A stretch of DNA of 64,000 bases, from NCBI GenBank assembly GCA_000004695.1, contig CM000152.2, positions 5,664,001 to 5,728,000 of the forward strand, written 5' to 3'. Each line of letters starts with the position of its first letter. Position 1 is the stretch's first letter. Position numbers and translations under genes: made by a program. The stretch is from Dictyostelium discoideum (Eukaryota). Of this stretch, positions 39,152-50,263 are shown one piece after another. The notes beneath the pieces were generated by a model, which saw nothing but the letters and a program-made list of their open reading frames with translations, did not search any database and had not been told where the DNA came from.

Positions 39152-39817
39152 ATTATCATCTTCACTACTTGTTTGCCATTTTTTTAACATTGATTCATGA
39201 ATTTTTCTTTCTGGAAATATATGTTTAATATTTGAATCTTGTGATAGAATTTTTAAAATTGGATCTAATGATGATTGTTTATTACTTGTGATTTCTACTA
39301 ATGCAAAATCAGATGGATATTTTGAAGCTGGATTATTTCTTGGTATAATTTTCCAATCAATTAATTGATTTTGATTTTTTATACTTTGTTTTATCTTTTT
39401 TTCATTTCTATTAAGAATTTCATTTAAATAAGATTGATGCTCTTTTTGATCAATATACTTTTTAAACATTATTATATATTCTTTTACTAAATTATTTTTA
39501 TTTTTATTTTTAAATTCATTATCATTTATTAATAATGGTGATACATTTGTTGATGTTTTTATTATTGTTGTTGTTGAACAATTATTATATTCTTTAAAAT
39601 TTACAAAATTATTATTATTATTATTATCATTATTGTTATTATTATTATTATTACTATTATTATTATTATTATAAGCTACTACTACATTTTTACTATTACT
39701 ATTTAAATTATTATTATTATTATTTTTATTATTAAAAATATTTAAACTATCACTATATAAAAAAATTAAAATAAATGTTATGGTAAAAAACCATTTATAG
39801 TTTATTATTGTAATCAT
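35822..39817 (-). CDS. subtilisin-like serine protease, site-1 protease (S1P/MBTPS1)-like, signal peptide plus C-terminal TM
   Basis: Catalytic triad contexts VAVFDTGL (Asp), GHGTFVTGIIAS (His), GTSVSSPVVSGAIALL (Ser); N-terminal hydrophobic signal; C-terminal TM ITGYIAICAVVILIIVLFF; 1331 aa, single exon. Confidence 0.8.
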
Positions 39818-39985
39818 TTTTTTTTGATTTTTTTTATTTTGATTTTTTTTATTCTTTTTCTTATTCTTTTTAATTTTTTTAAATTTTTTTATTATTATAA
39901 TTTTTTTATATACATATAGATTTTGTTGGTGAGTAGTTTTTTTTAGTGCGAGAAAAAAAGAGTTATGTGAAAAAAAAAAAAATTT

Positions 39986-40022
<37 letters not shown>

Positions 40023-40422
40023 TAATTTTTTTTTTTTTTATTTTTATTTAATTTTTTTAATTGCCTTTCCGAGAATCCACATCTTTTTACACAAAAAAAA
40101 AAAAAACAAAAAAATATAAAAAAAAACTAAAAAAAGATAAAAAAGATAAAAAAAACCAAAAAAGAATAAATAAAAATAAAAAAGATATAAATAAGAAATA
40201 ATAAAATTTAATCGTTTCGTTTTTAGAAATCGAGCTGTAAAGTTTTTTTTTTTTTGAAATTTAACAAATCTTATCTTTTTGGAACAATAAAATTTAAAAA
40301 TAAATATCCATTTATTGATTTATTGTTATTTTAAAATTTTATTGTTAATTTTATTGTTTTGTAATTATTGTTATAGTTTTATTATTACTATTTTTCTTTA
40401 TTAAAGAAACTTTTTAAATAGT

Positions 40423-40671
40423 TTAAAGACCAGCTTTATTTAAACTCTCAGCAACATTAAACAATAAACCACTAACTAAACCAGTTTGGACTTTATTTTC
40501 AGTGAATTGGATCATTGAGTTTTTATTATCAATCAAGGTTGATTTGGTTGAGTTAACTTTAGAGATTGATGAAATTGAAGCTAAATTAAAATAAATTAAA
40601 ATTATTAGTATTTTTTTTTATTTTTTATTTTTTTTTTTTTTCCCAATATTTTAATAATTAATATTTACCAA
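40423..40671 (-). CDS. small (56 aa) protein, paralog A of a divergent gene pair
   Basis: join 40659..40671, 40423..40580. MSLF|ASISSISKVNSTKSTLIDNKNSMIQFTENKVQTGLVSGLLFNVAESLNKAGL, with a phase-1 intron after the 13-nt first exon. Confidence 0.5.
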
Positions 40672-41170
40672 AGAGAGACATTTTTTAATTATTTGATTAT
40701 AATTGATTGTTTTGATTTGATGAAATTTTTTTTTATTTTATCTTATTTATACTTTTTTTTTTTTTAATGATAAATTTTTTTTTTTTTTTTTTTTTTTATT
40801 TTTATTGTTATTGTTGATTTTAATTTTTTGTAAAAGAGAATACCCAATAAAAAGAAATATTTTAAAAAATTATAGTATTAAATGTCGTGAATTAATTTAA
40901 ATTAATCTTTGACATTTTAAAATTGTAATTCGTTTTAAAATTTTGTAAAATTGTTTTCAAAAATTAATTAGTTGTAAATCATTTTTTTAAAAAATTATGG
41001 GGTCAAAGAAATAATAATATACTCATTAATTAATTAATTGTTTTTTTTTTTTTTTTTTAACACACAACTACCAAATAATTAGTATTTTCTTCATTTTTTT
41101 CGGTAATATTTTAAAAATTATACCTTAAATCTTCGGCTAATTAAATATTAAAAATAATTTATTTATTATA

Positions 41171-41207
<37 letters not shown>

Positions 41208-41278
41208 GATATATAAATAATCATTTTTTTTTCTTTTTTTCAAAAACATAAATCAAATAAAACTAATCAAAATTTAAA

Positions 41279-41529
41279 ATGTCTCTCTTTGGTAAATATT
41301 TATGGTTTATATATATTTTAATATTATAAAAAACAATTAATCTAATTTTTAATTAATAAATGAAGATTCAATTTCTTCAATCTCCAAAGTTATTTCAACA
41401 CCAAATAAGTCATATTTGAATAATAATAAAAATTCAATGGCCCAATTCACTGAAAATAATGTCCAATCAGGTCTCGTTAGTGGTTTATTATTTAATGTTG
41501 CTGAAAGTTTAAATAAAGCCGGTCTTTAA
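41279..41529 (+). CDS. small (58 aa) protein, paralog B
   Basis: join 41279..41291, 41366..41529. MSLF|DSISSISKVISTPNKSYLNNNKNSMAQFTENNVQSGLVSGLLFNVAESLNKAGL, with the same intron position as paralog A. Confidence 0.5.
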
Positions 41530-42516
41530 AATAAAACCTTTAAAAATGTCAAATCCATTTATCTAATATTACAATTACAATTAATAAAATTACGTCATTA
41601 TTTTTGAAATTTTAAAATATTTAAAAACAGATTTTTTTTTTTAATTTTTTTATTTTTTAAAATTGTGTTAATTTTATATTTATAATTTTATCCCCGATAA
41701 AAATTTTAACCCCTAAATTTATTTTAATATAGGAAATAAATAAAAAAATAAAAACCCAACAATAAAAAAACAAAAAAAAAAAAAAAAATAAAAACAAAAA
41801 AAAGAAATAAAAATATTATAAAACCAGAAATTTAAAATAACTAAAACTTTAAAAATTACAATTAAAATAAAAAAAAAAAAAAACAATAACATAAAACAAT
41901 GTTATTTATTAATTTTAACGAAAGTGATATAAAAAATATTGGTTCAAATTCAACAATTTTATCAAACCATTCAAATTGTAATATATTCCCAAATGATGAA
42001 AATTATTTAAACAATATTAAAAATAATGAAAGAAGTAATATAGATCAAACCATCCTTTGTCTAACTTCAAAATTTCAAAATTTAAATTATCAATAAAAAC
42101 CAATAATTAATAAATTTTTATTACTACATAGGTTTTTTTTTTTTTTTTTTTTTTTTTTCGAAACCCAGACAGTAAAAAATAAAAGATTATTTATTTTTTT
42201 TTATTTTTTGTGTAATAATGTTTAAAATTTATATTAGAATTTTTTTAAAATAAAAAGGAATTAGTTTATTTATGAATTTTTTTTTTTTTTTTTAAGATAA
42301 TAGTTTAAAATATATATAAAATTAATTAAATAATATCCAATTAGAGATTATTTTATTTTGGGTGCATTAAATTGACCTATATGTTGCGATTAAGTTTTTC
42401 AATTATTGGTATTGTCAAAAAACAATAATACATTTTTTCAGTGTTATTTTTTTGGGCCATTTGGTTGACTCTGTTTTTGAACGAAGTTCGGATTTTGTTC
42501 TACCAAGTAAAAATTT

Positions 42517-42587
42517 TGCGTATGCCGGGAATCGAACCCGGTTCAACTGCTTGGAAGGCAGCTATCATACCACTAGACCACATACGC
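42517..42587 (-). tRNA. tRNA-Gly(UCC), copy 1
   Basis: GCGTATGTGGTCTAGTGGTATGATAGCTGCCTTCCAAGCAGTTGAACCGGGTTCGATTCCCGGCATACGCA. Cloverleaf with anticodon loop CTTCCAA, T-arm CCGGGTTCGATTCCCGG, acceptor GCGTATG/CATACGC. Near-identical to metazoan tRNA-Gly-UCC. Confidence 0.9.
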
Positions 42588-42953
42588 TTTGTTGATGATT
42601 TTTTGTAGTTAATGCTCAAATAAGTTTTAATAAAAAATTTGATTATTTACACACGTAGCACAACCATCAAACCTCAATAAATATATTACATCACTCAACA
42701 CACTCTACCCCCAACTTTAAAAAAAAAAAAACCATATAAGGTAAAAAAGGCACCTGTAAAATATTTAATAATAAAACGAGATATATCTCAAGAAAAAGCA
42801 ACTAAAAATTGCTTTATTCCATTCAAAAAAAAAAAAATTTTGATTATTTTTTTTTTATTTATTTATATATTTATTTTTAAATACGCTTCATTGATGAATT
42901 TTTTAATGAATTATGAACGAAGTTCGGATTTTGTTTTACCCAAGCAAAAATTT

Positions 42954-43024
42954 TGCGTATGCCGGGAATCGAACCCGGTTCAACTGCTTGGAAGGCAGCT
43001 ATCATACCACTAGACCACATACGC
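42954..43024 (-). tRNA. tRNA-Gly(UCC), copy 2 (tandem duplicate)
   Basis: Identical 71-nt sequence within the second unit of the tandem duplication. Confidence 0.9.
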
Positions 43025-43074
43025 TTTGTTAATGAGATTTTTGTAATAAAGTCACTCTATAAAATTAATATTAA

Positions 43075-44268
43075 GCAAAGTAGATGATACGGTGAACAAA
43101 CTGGAAAACCTCACAAAATGCTATTCGAGCGTGTCATCAACGCTAAAAGGTAGAATCACAATCCTCAAATCATACCTGCTGTCCCAACTAACATTCCAAC
43201 TATACATCAACGAAATAAATGACATAAAGAAACTGGAGAACGTTAATGCCAACATGTTATTCAAAGGGGACAGGTGGGCTATCTCAAAAGAAAGGAGCAG
43301 AAGAGACTATGAAATTGGAGGCCTGGAACTCTGGAATATGGCAACCAGATCCAATGCCCAGAAAGCATGGATATACGAACAATACCTCAGAGAAAAAGAC
43401 GACCAGAACTGCCCTCCACATATGGAAGTCTGGAAGTCGGAAAAAGAAAACTCACTATCAAGGATTCACATCAAATGCTGGAAAGCCTGGAAGTTGTTGC
43501 ACCACCCAAGAGAGCGAATAACTCTCAAACTAAACCAAGTCAAACCCAAATACGAAAACAAACAAAAATTAAAAGTAATCTATAGAAACATGATGGATAT
43601 CAAATACAAGGGATGGAACAAACACCAGCCAACAACAGGTCAAAAACTGATTCAAAAGAACATTAATCACCCAATTCTACCATTCAGAGAAGCCAGATCA
43701 ATCACAACTATCAAAGGAAGAGACTTAGCATGGAGATATCTACTCAAGGCACTTCCAAAACACCATGGGGAGAATTGCCACTCATGTAAAGAAGAAGAAT
43801 CGTCTATGCACATCTTCTTCGAATGCAAATCAATAAAACAGAATATCGACTCAATCTATCAAAAGGTCTGTAAAGACTCCAACAACACTTACCACGGTCC
43901 ATGGAGCGAAAAAGTTCTCGGAAAACTACTCACACCATTCTCATCAAATCTGATAGGAGCCATTATGGAATCGATATGGTACAGAAGAAATCAAATAAAA
44001 TTCAACGATAACACTACAATAATAACAGAGACCCAAATAATTCATAAAATCAAAAAAGCGAGAGATGCCGAATGGGATAGAACAAGAAAGATAGTAGAAA
44101 AACAACTACGTCAAGAACTAAGATGCACTGATAACCGAGAGTCAATCAATCGGACCGCATCAATAAAAAGAAGACTCGAAAAATTCAGCCACAACTGGAA
44201 CTCGAAACTCATGCCCATAAACATCCCGGAACACTTCATACCATACTGCTCATATAACACCAACTACT

Positions 44269-44313
<45 letters not shown>

Positions 44314-44436
44314 ATAACAATAATAATAATAATAATAATATAATAATAATAATAATATAATAATAATAATATAATAATAATAATAATATAATAATAATAA
44401 TAATAAAAAAAAAAATAAGAATAACAAGAAAAAAAG

Positions 44437-44470
<34 letters not shown>

Positions 44471-44527
44471 AAATAAACTCTCATAGAACACACTCAAATT
44501 GAGTGATGTTATTAAAAAAAAAAAAAA
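43075..44527 (+). mobile_element. 5'-truncated tRNA-targeted non-LTR retrotransposon copy A (ORF2 C-terminal part, family X)
   Basis: ORF 43092..44273 is homologous to the C-terminal region of the RT ORF at 13651..15879 (AKTYALS-type segment, CCHC HSCKEEESSMHIFFECK). 3' UTR with (AATAAT)n and terminal ...gagtgatgttatt plus A15. Flanked by the 11-bp direct repeat attaatattaa (43064..43074 and 44528..44538). Its 5' end faces tRNA-Gly copy 2, ~50 bp upstream. Confidence 0.7.
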
Positions 44528-44538
44528 ATTAATATTAA

Positions 44539-45687
44539 CTCAACTTCATCAACCTATATGGGCAGACTCATAATGGCAAAAACATATGCACTATCTCAGT
44601 TAACGTTCCACACTTACATCAACACCACACCACAACACAATAGTATTGAAAATAACATCGTAAAATTTGTTTTCAACACAAAATCTAAAAACTCTCTTTC
44701 ACTACAAAGAAGACAAAACAACTATATCAATGGTGGCCTAAACTTATGGAACCTGAAGACAAGAGAACTAGCACAGAAAGCATGGCTATTCGAAAGATAC
44801 CTCCACCAAAGAGTAAGTAACACTCCTAGTTCATATATAAAACTGTGGGAAGAGGAACTCAAAAACAACAACAACAACAAAACAACAACAAAACAAAAGC
44901 AACTACAACTACACTGGCAATGCAAGCAAGCATGGACCCAATTAAAAACTCCACAAAATAAACAAACACATTACGAACACCTCCCAAAATTAAAAAAAAT
45001 ATACGAGGATATGATGACAACTCAATCTCCTGAACACAACAAATTCATACCAACTCCTGGCCAAAAAGAAATAATGACCAAAATTAATAGCAAACACCTT
45101 CCATTTAAAGAAATCAAAAAAATAATAAACATGAAAGGTAGAGATCTATTATGGAGATACACACTGAAAGCACTACCAAAAATATACAACATGCCATGCC
45201 AACAGTGTGGGGAAGATGAGACTTCAGAACATATATTCTTCAACTGCAAAGCCCACATCAAAAACACACAAGAAATCTTCAACTACACCCTAACTAAGTG
45301 TGGACACACCACTCACACCTGGAATGTGAAGATTTTAAACCATCTACAAATTGCACTAGTAGCCAATTTAATAGCTATTATATTCGAAAAAATCTGGCAC
45401 AAAAGAAATAAACTCATTCACGATGAAAAAGAAATAATAATTCACAGACAACAAGTCATACGTGAACTAATTAAAACACAAAGAGCTGCATGGGACAGGA
45501 CACAAGCGGTTATAAACAAAACATTAAGAATCAAATCAAAGCAACGGCCAGAAGAACAAAATAAATTAGACTCACTAATCTCGCTAAAGCTATTACAATT
45601 TAGCAGACAATGGAACTCACCTCTTCATGCAATAGAACTTCCTAAACATCTCAAAAAATACAATAATTCACTCAGTACTTTCTATAA

Positions 45688-45736
<49 letters not shown>
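44539..45736 (+). mobile_element. 5'-truncated non-LTR retrotransposon copy B (different family, ORF2 C-terminal part)
   Basis: ORF 44558..45691 is paralogous to copy A (AKTYALSQLTFHTYI, CQQCGEDETSEHIFFNCK). Ends in a ~48-nt poly(A). Confidence 0.7.
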
Positions 45737-45739
<3 letters not shown>

Positions 45740-46031
45740 GGAACCCAAGTTAATCAGAAAATTTCCAGATTTTTAACTTTTTAAAGAAAAATAAAAAAGA
45801 TAGAAAGAAAATAAAATGAAAATCACAAACAACACCACAAATATTAAGCAACACAAATGCCTACAAAAAATAAGCGAAATTGTGGATAAAACTCAATTAA
45901 AAAAAAAACAATTCAAATACGTCATAAACATCAATCACGAACCAGACGATAAAATAAAAAAAGATTTAGAAAAAAGTTTGGACAAAAAAGATGTTTTAAT
46001 CAAAAGTAATAATACAATTCAAAATTCGAAA

Positions 46032-46069
<38 letters not shown>

Positions 46070-46190
46070 TAAACCAACCCCTCTTTTAGAGACCCTGTAA
46101 AAAAAAAAAAAATAAAATAAAATAAAATGAGATCTAGCATCTCAAGGAGAAGCAAATAATAATTGCGTTATCCAATTCAAAAAAAAAAAA
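45737..46190 (+). mobile_element. retroelement 3' region with TRE5-like C-module and terminal oligo(A)
   Basis: The 46078..46165 module (cctcttttagagaccctgtaaaa...gagatctagcatctcaaggagaagcaaataataattgcgtt) is also found inverted at 18683..18775. A12 at 46179..46190 is followed by a copy of the 15-bp TSD tctataaaattaata. Confidence 0.55.
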
Positions 46191-46205
46191 TCTATAAAAT
46201 TAATA

Positions 46206-46252
46206 GACCCGGAACACTTCATACCATACTGCTCATATAACACCAACTACTC

Positions 46253-46283
<31 letters not shown>

Positions 46284-46338
46284 AACAATAATAATAATAA
46301 TAATAATATAATAATAATAATAATAAAATAATAATAAT

Positions 46339-46372
<34 letters not shown>

Positions 46373-46385
46373 TAAGAATAACAAG

Positions 46386-46437
<52 letters not shown>

Positions 46438-46497
46438 AAACTCTCCTAGAACACACTCAAATTGAGTGATGTTATTAAAAAAAAAAAAAAAATTAAT
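46206..46497 (+). mobile_element. extreme 5'-truncated 3' end of a family-X retroelement (older insertion)
   Basis: ~93% identical to 44222..44520 (cccggaacacttcatacc...(AATAAT)n...caaataaactctc.tagaacacactcaaattgagtgatgttatt plus A-run). Confidence 0.7.
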
Positions 46498-46801
46498 AGA
46501 TATTAAATATGCTTATTACATTACTAATTATAGTTGACACACATTTAAATAATATAATAATAATAATAATAATAATACTGTCAACTCATTATAAATAATA
46601 TAAATACTAAAGAATAATTTTATTAACAATATTGAATATCATAAAATATATATTAATATTAAATAAAGATAACAAAATATTATTCAATTATATAATTATT
46701 AATTATATATATTATAAAGTTAACAAGCTTCATTACATTTTGAAGTAAATGCTCAAACAAGTTTTATATCAAATAATTTTATTTTTTTATCAATTTTATT
46801 T

Positions 46802-48216
46802 TTAAATGCAAGTGGGTATGTAACAACATTTCCCGCAATCATTTGGATCCGCCTCATTATAACAAAATGGAGCCAGTATATATTTACACTTTGAACCTTC
46901 TGATTTTTCACAATCCAAAGAATCACAAGATAAACAATCTGATTGAAATTTAATACATTTTGGTCGAATTTTATCAGATAAGTGGTAGTGTTCCACGCAA
47001 ACTGAGTCGTGTGGACAGGTATAATTTTGGCAAATGGATTTATGAGGTATATTTATTTCTTCGATTGGAACTGTAATAATAATGTGTGACCCATCAACAA
47101 TATACCCAGATGATTGATAACCGGTATCAATGCTAGAAGTTGGGTCGCTAGTATAAAATGATGTTGAGGTGGCTGATCCTGTTGTTGGAGTTGTTGTTGC
47201 TGATCCTGTTGTTGATCCTGTTGTTGGAGTTGTTGTTGCTGATCCTGTTGTTGATCCTGTTGTTGATCCTGTTGTTGCTAATCCTGTTGTTGGAGTTGTT
47301 GCTGATCCTGTTGTTGCTGATCCTGTTGTTGCTGATCCTGTTGTTGCTGATCCTGTTGTTGCTGATCCTGTTGTCGGAGTTGAAGAAGCTGTTATTGTTG
47401 TTTCTTTGCCTGTTGTTGAAGTTTTTGAGGTTGTAGTAGATGCTAGTCCTGTACTTGAAGTTAATGTCGATCCAGTTGTTTTTCCTGTACTTGAAGCTGG
47501 AGTAGTAGTCTTTCCTATTGTTGATCCAGTTGTAGAGGTAGTAGTCTTTCCTATTGTTGTTAAAGTTGTTGAAGTAGGGGTCTTTCCTACTGTTGATCCA
47601 GTTGTAGGGGTAGTAGTCTTTCCTATTGTTGATCCAGTTGTAGAGGTAGTAGTCTTTCCTATTGTCGTTAAAGTTGTAAAGGAAGGGATCTTTCCTATTG
47701 TTGTTAAAGCTGTTGAAGTAGTGGCCTTTCCAGTTGTTGAAGTTGAAGGTGCTGTAGTGGTAGTTGTAGGTGATGTAGTGGTAGTTGTAGGTGATGTAGT
47801 GGTAGTTGTGGGTGATGTAGTGGTAGTAGTTGTTAATGTTGTGGGTGATGTGGTGGTGGTGGTTGTAGCTCCTGTTGTTGAAGTTGTAGGTGATGCAGTT
47901 GTTGTTATTGTTGTTGTTGTTGTTTTTCCTATAGTTGGTCCTACAGTTGTTGTAGAGGTTGTGGGTGATGTGGTAGTTGTTGTTCCTGTAGTTGTGGAAG
48001 TTGTAGGTGATGTGATGGTTGTTGCCCCTGTAGTTGTAGGTGATGTGGTGGTTGTTGTTGCTCCTGTAGTTGTAGGTGATGTGGTGGTTGTTGTTGCTCC
48101 TGTAGTTGTTAAAGTAGTGGTCTTTCCTGTTGTTGATACATTAGTTGTTGAAGTTGTAGGTGATGTAGTGGTTGTTGTTGTTCCTGTAGTTGTTGATGTT
48201 GTGGGTGATATAGTGG

Positions 48217-48254
<38 letters not shown>

Positions 48255-48272
48255 GCTGTTGTTGTTGTTGCT

Positions 48273-48305
<33 letters not shown>

Positions 48306-49232
48306 CCAGTAGTTGTAGAGGTTGTAGGTGATGTTGTTGTTGCTCCTGAAGTTGTGGATGAAGTAGCCATTCCTGTTGTATTTGTTATTGTAGTGGTCCC
48401 CACACATTGTGGAGTTTTTGAGCAACAATGAGATCCTAAACATTGTGTGGTTTGGACATACTCACATGGTGATCCTTGACAGTCAATTTCTGAACATTTT
48501 TGAGCTTTAATTTTAAATAAAAAAAAAAAAAATAAAAAAAAAATTAGGGGTTATTTTTATTTTTTTTAATTAATCACTAATTTCATAAAATACTTACGAG
48601 GTATGTTATAAACTTCAAAATCTTTTTGAGGTATACATATAGACCAAAGCTCGATGATTTGATTAGTTGATTTTTGAATGACACATGATAAATTATTTCT
48701 ATAACAATGATTCAAAGGATCATTTATACATACATTAACTTGTTGACCACAACAACCAGGAAATACCAACCATTTACAATTGGGGTAGTATGAATTACAA
48801 TTTTGTTCAACGGTAATATCTTCACAATCAACTATTTAATAATAATTTTTAATTTTAATTTTTTTTTTTTTTTTTTTTTTTTTAACTAATAATTATTATT
48901 ATTTACTTACAATCATTTCTTGGGAGAGTTGTTCGTCCAAGATTTGTTGGCGCAAAACTGGGTGAGCATGTGTCATCTATGCAACTGGTTCCCTCTGGAC
49001 ATAAATTTGTAAGTGTACATGACCCATTGAAACACATATTTTTTAGGCAACCATTATCGTTGGTAGTGTCACATTCTACTGATGAGTATCGACATCCTTT
49101 TCCTTCAACACAAGATTCTATTGTACATGGATCGGAATCATCACATTTCAATTTACTGCAAGGTTCAATTGAATTTACTAAATAAAATAATAAAAATAAA
49201 TTAATAATTAATAAAAAAATTATTTTTAATTT

Positions 49233-49235
<3 letters not shown>
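46802..49235 (-). CDS. secreted Thr-rich mucin-like protein with N- and C-terminal Cys-rich domains, 3 exons
   Basis: join 48911..49235, 48598..48831, 46802..48504. Signal peptide MKLKIIFLLIINLFLLFYLVNS; Cys-rich modules (CDDSDPCTIESC..., CCGQQVNVC, CEYVQTTQCLGSHCCSK); ~400 aa of degenerate TSPTTSTTTG/T-rich repeats; C-terminal Cys cluster ...CGKCCYIPTCI. Confidence 0.7.

Positions 49236-49323
<88 letters not shown>
49236..49323. repeat. ~88-nt uninterrupted poly(T) (poly(A) on the gene's sense strand) abutting the mucin-like gene start codon
   Basis: Homopolymer directly 5' of the ATG of the minus-strand gene. Confidence 0.9.
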
Positions 49324-50263
49324 CTAATTATAGATATGTCAAATAAAAATCAAAAATTTAAAATAAAGATGAAATAAAATAAAATTAAAACAAAACAATT
49401 ATATAATTATTTATTATGCTTATAAATTAATTATTTCTTTTAAAGTAGTCCAAAAAATAAAAAATAAAAAAAAAAAAAAAAAAAAAAGTAAAAATATTAT
49501 TAAATGTAAAAATATTATTATTATTTTAAATGAATAAATTTGTAAATTGGATTATTTATCAAATTTTTTTAAAATTTTTTAAAAAAAAAAAAAAATTTAC
49601 GATTGCTATGTAATAAATGTTTATTAAAATTTTTTTTTTTTTTTTCTTTTTATTTGATTTAGGTTGGTGTGTGCTAAAAAAAAAAAATAATATTAAAAAA
49701 AAAAAAAAAATAATATTAAAAAAAAAAAATAATAGTAATATAAAAATAAATTTATACATATAAATTCATTGCAAATATAATTATAATGTTATAGAAATAA
49801 TAATTTTGACATTTTTATTTATGTGTTTGATTTGTTTATTGTGACATTTTTTTTTGAAAAAAATTTTTTTTTTATTTTTTTTTTTTTATTTTATTTTAAA
49901 TTTACATAAGAAAATTTTTTTTGTTTAATTAATTTTGTCCAAAAAGGGTTAATTATATATACCCTTCTTCAATTCATAGAAATTAAATAATAATACTGTT
50001 TCGGAAAACTTTTTTTGACAGTTGATTTTTTTTTTTTTTTTTAAAATTTTTTTTTTTTATTTTTTTTTTTTCAAATTTTTTTTTTTTTTTTAAATTTTTA
50101 TTTTTATTTTTTTTTTGTCTCATTAAATTATCTTTTTTTTTTCAAACTTTATTTTTTTTTTTTCATTTTCAAATTAAATCTGAACCGATTGTTTTTTTTT
50201 TTTTTATTTTTTTTTTTCATTTTTTTGTAAAAAAAAAAAAAAATATAAATATATAAAGAAAAA

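Larger units (their letters stand above)
42479..43050. repeat. tandem duplication (~437-bp period) carrying the tRNA-Gly gene plus ~40-bp flanks
   Basis: 42479..42610 and 42917..43050 share the tRNA plus flanks (gaacgaagttcggattttgtt...cgctttgtt) with a few substitutions. Confidence 0.8.

Noticed and set aside
43246-43585. Alternative-frame ORFs 43246..43521 and 43367..43585 inside retroelement copy A, and the minus ORFs 44236..44497, 44722..44925 and 45022..45282
   Set aside because: They overlap the homologous ORF2 frame or lie in (AATAAT)n/poly(A) tails. They are shadow ORFs.
45816-46100. 94-aa Lys-rich ORF running into the retroelement C-module
   Set aside because: It reads through an A-rich 3' region and into poly(A), so it is unlikely to be a real protein.
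47169-48431. 420-aa Val-rich ORF on the plus strand, plus poly-L/poly-Y ORFs at 29451..29724, 17725..17958, 62929..63150, 35943..36155, 33044..33235, 47158..47436 and 48141..48443
   Set aside because: These are antisense translations of the Thr-, Asn- or Pro-rich repeat-coding regions of genes on the other strand. They are compositional artifacts.
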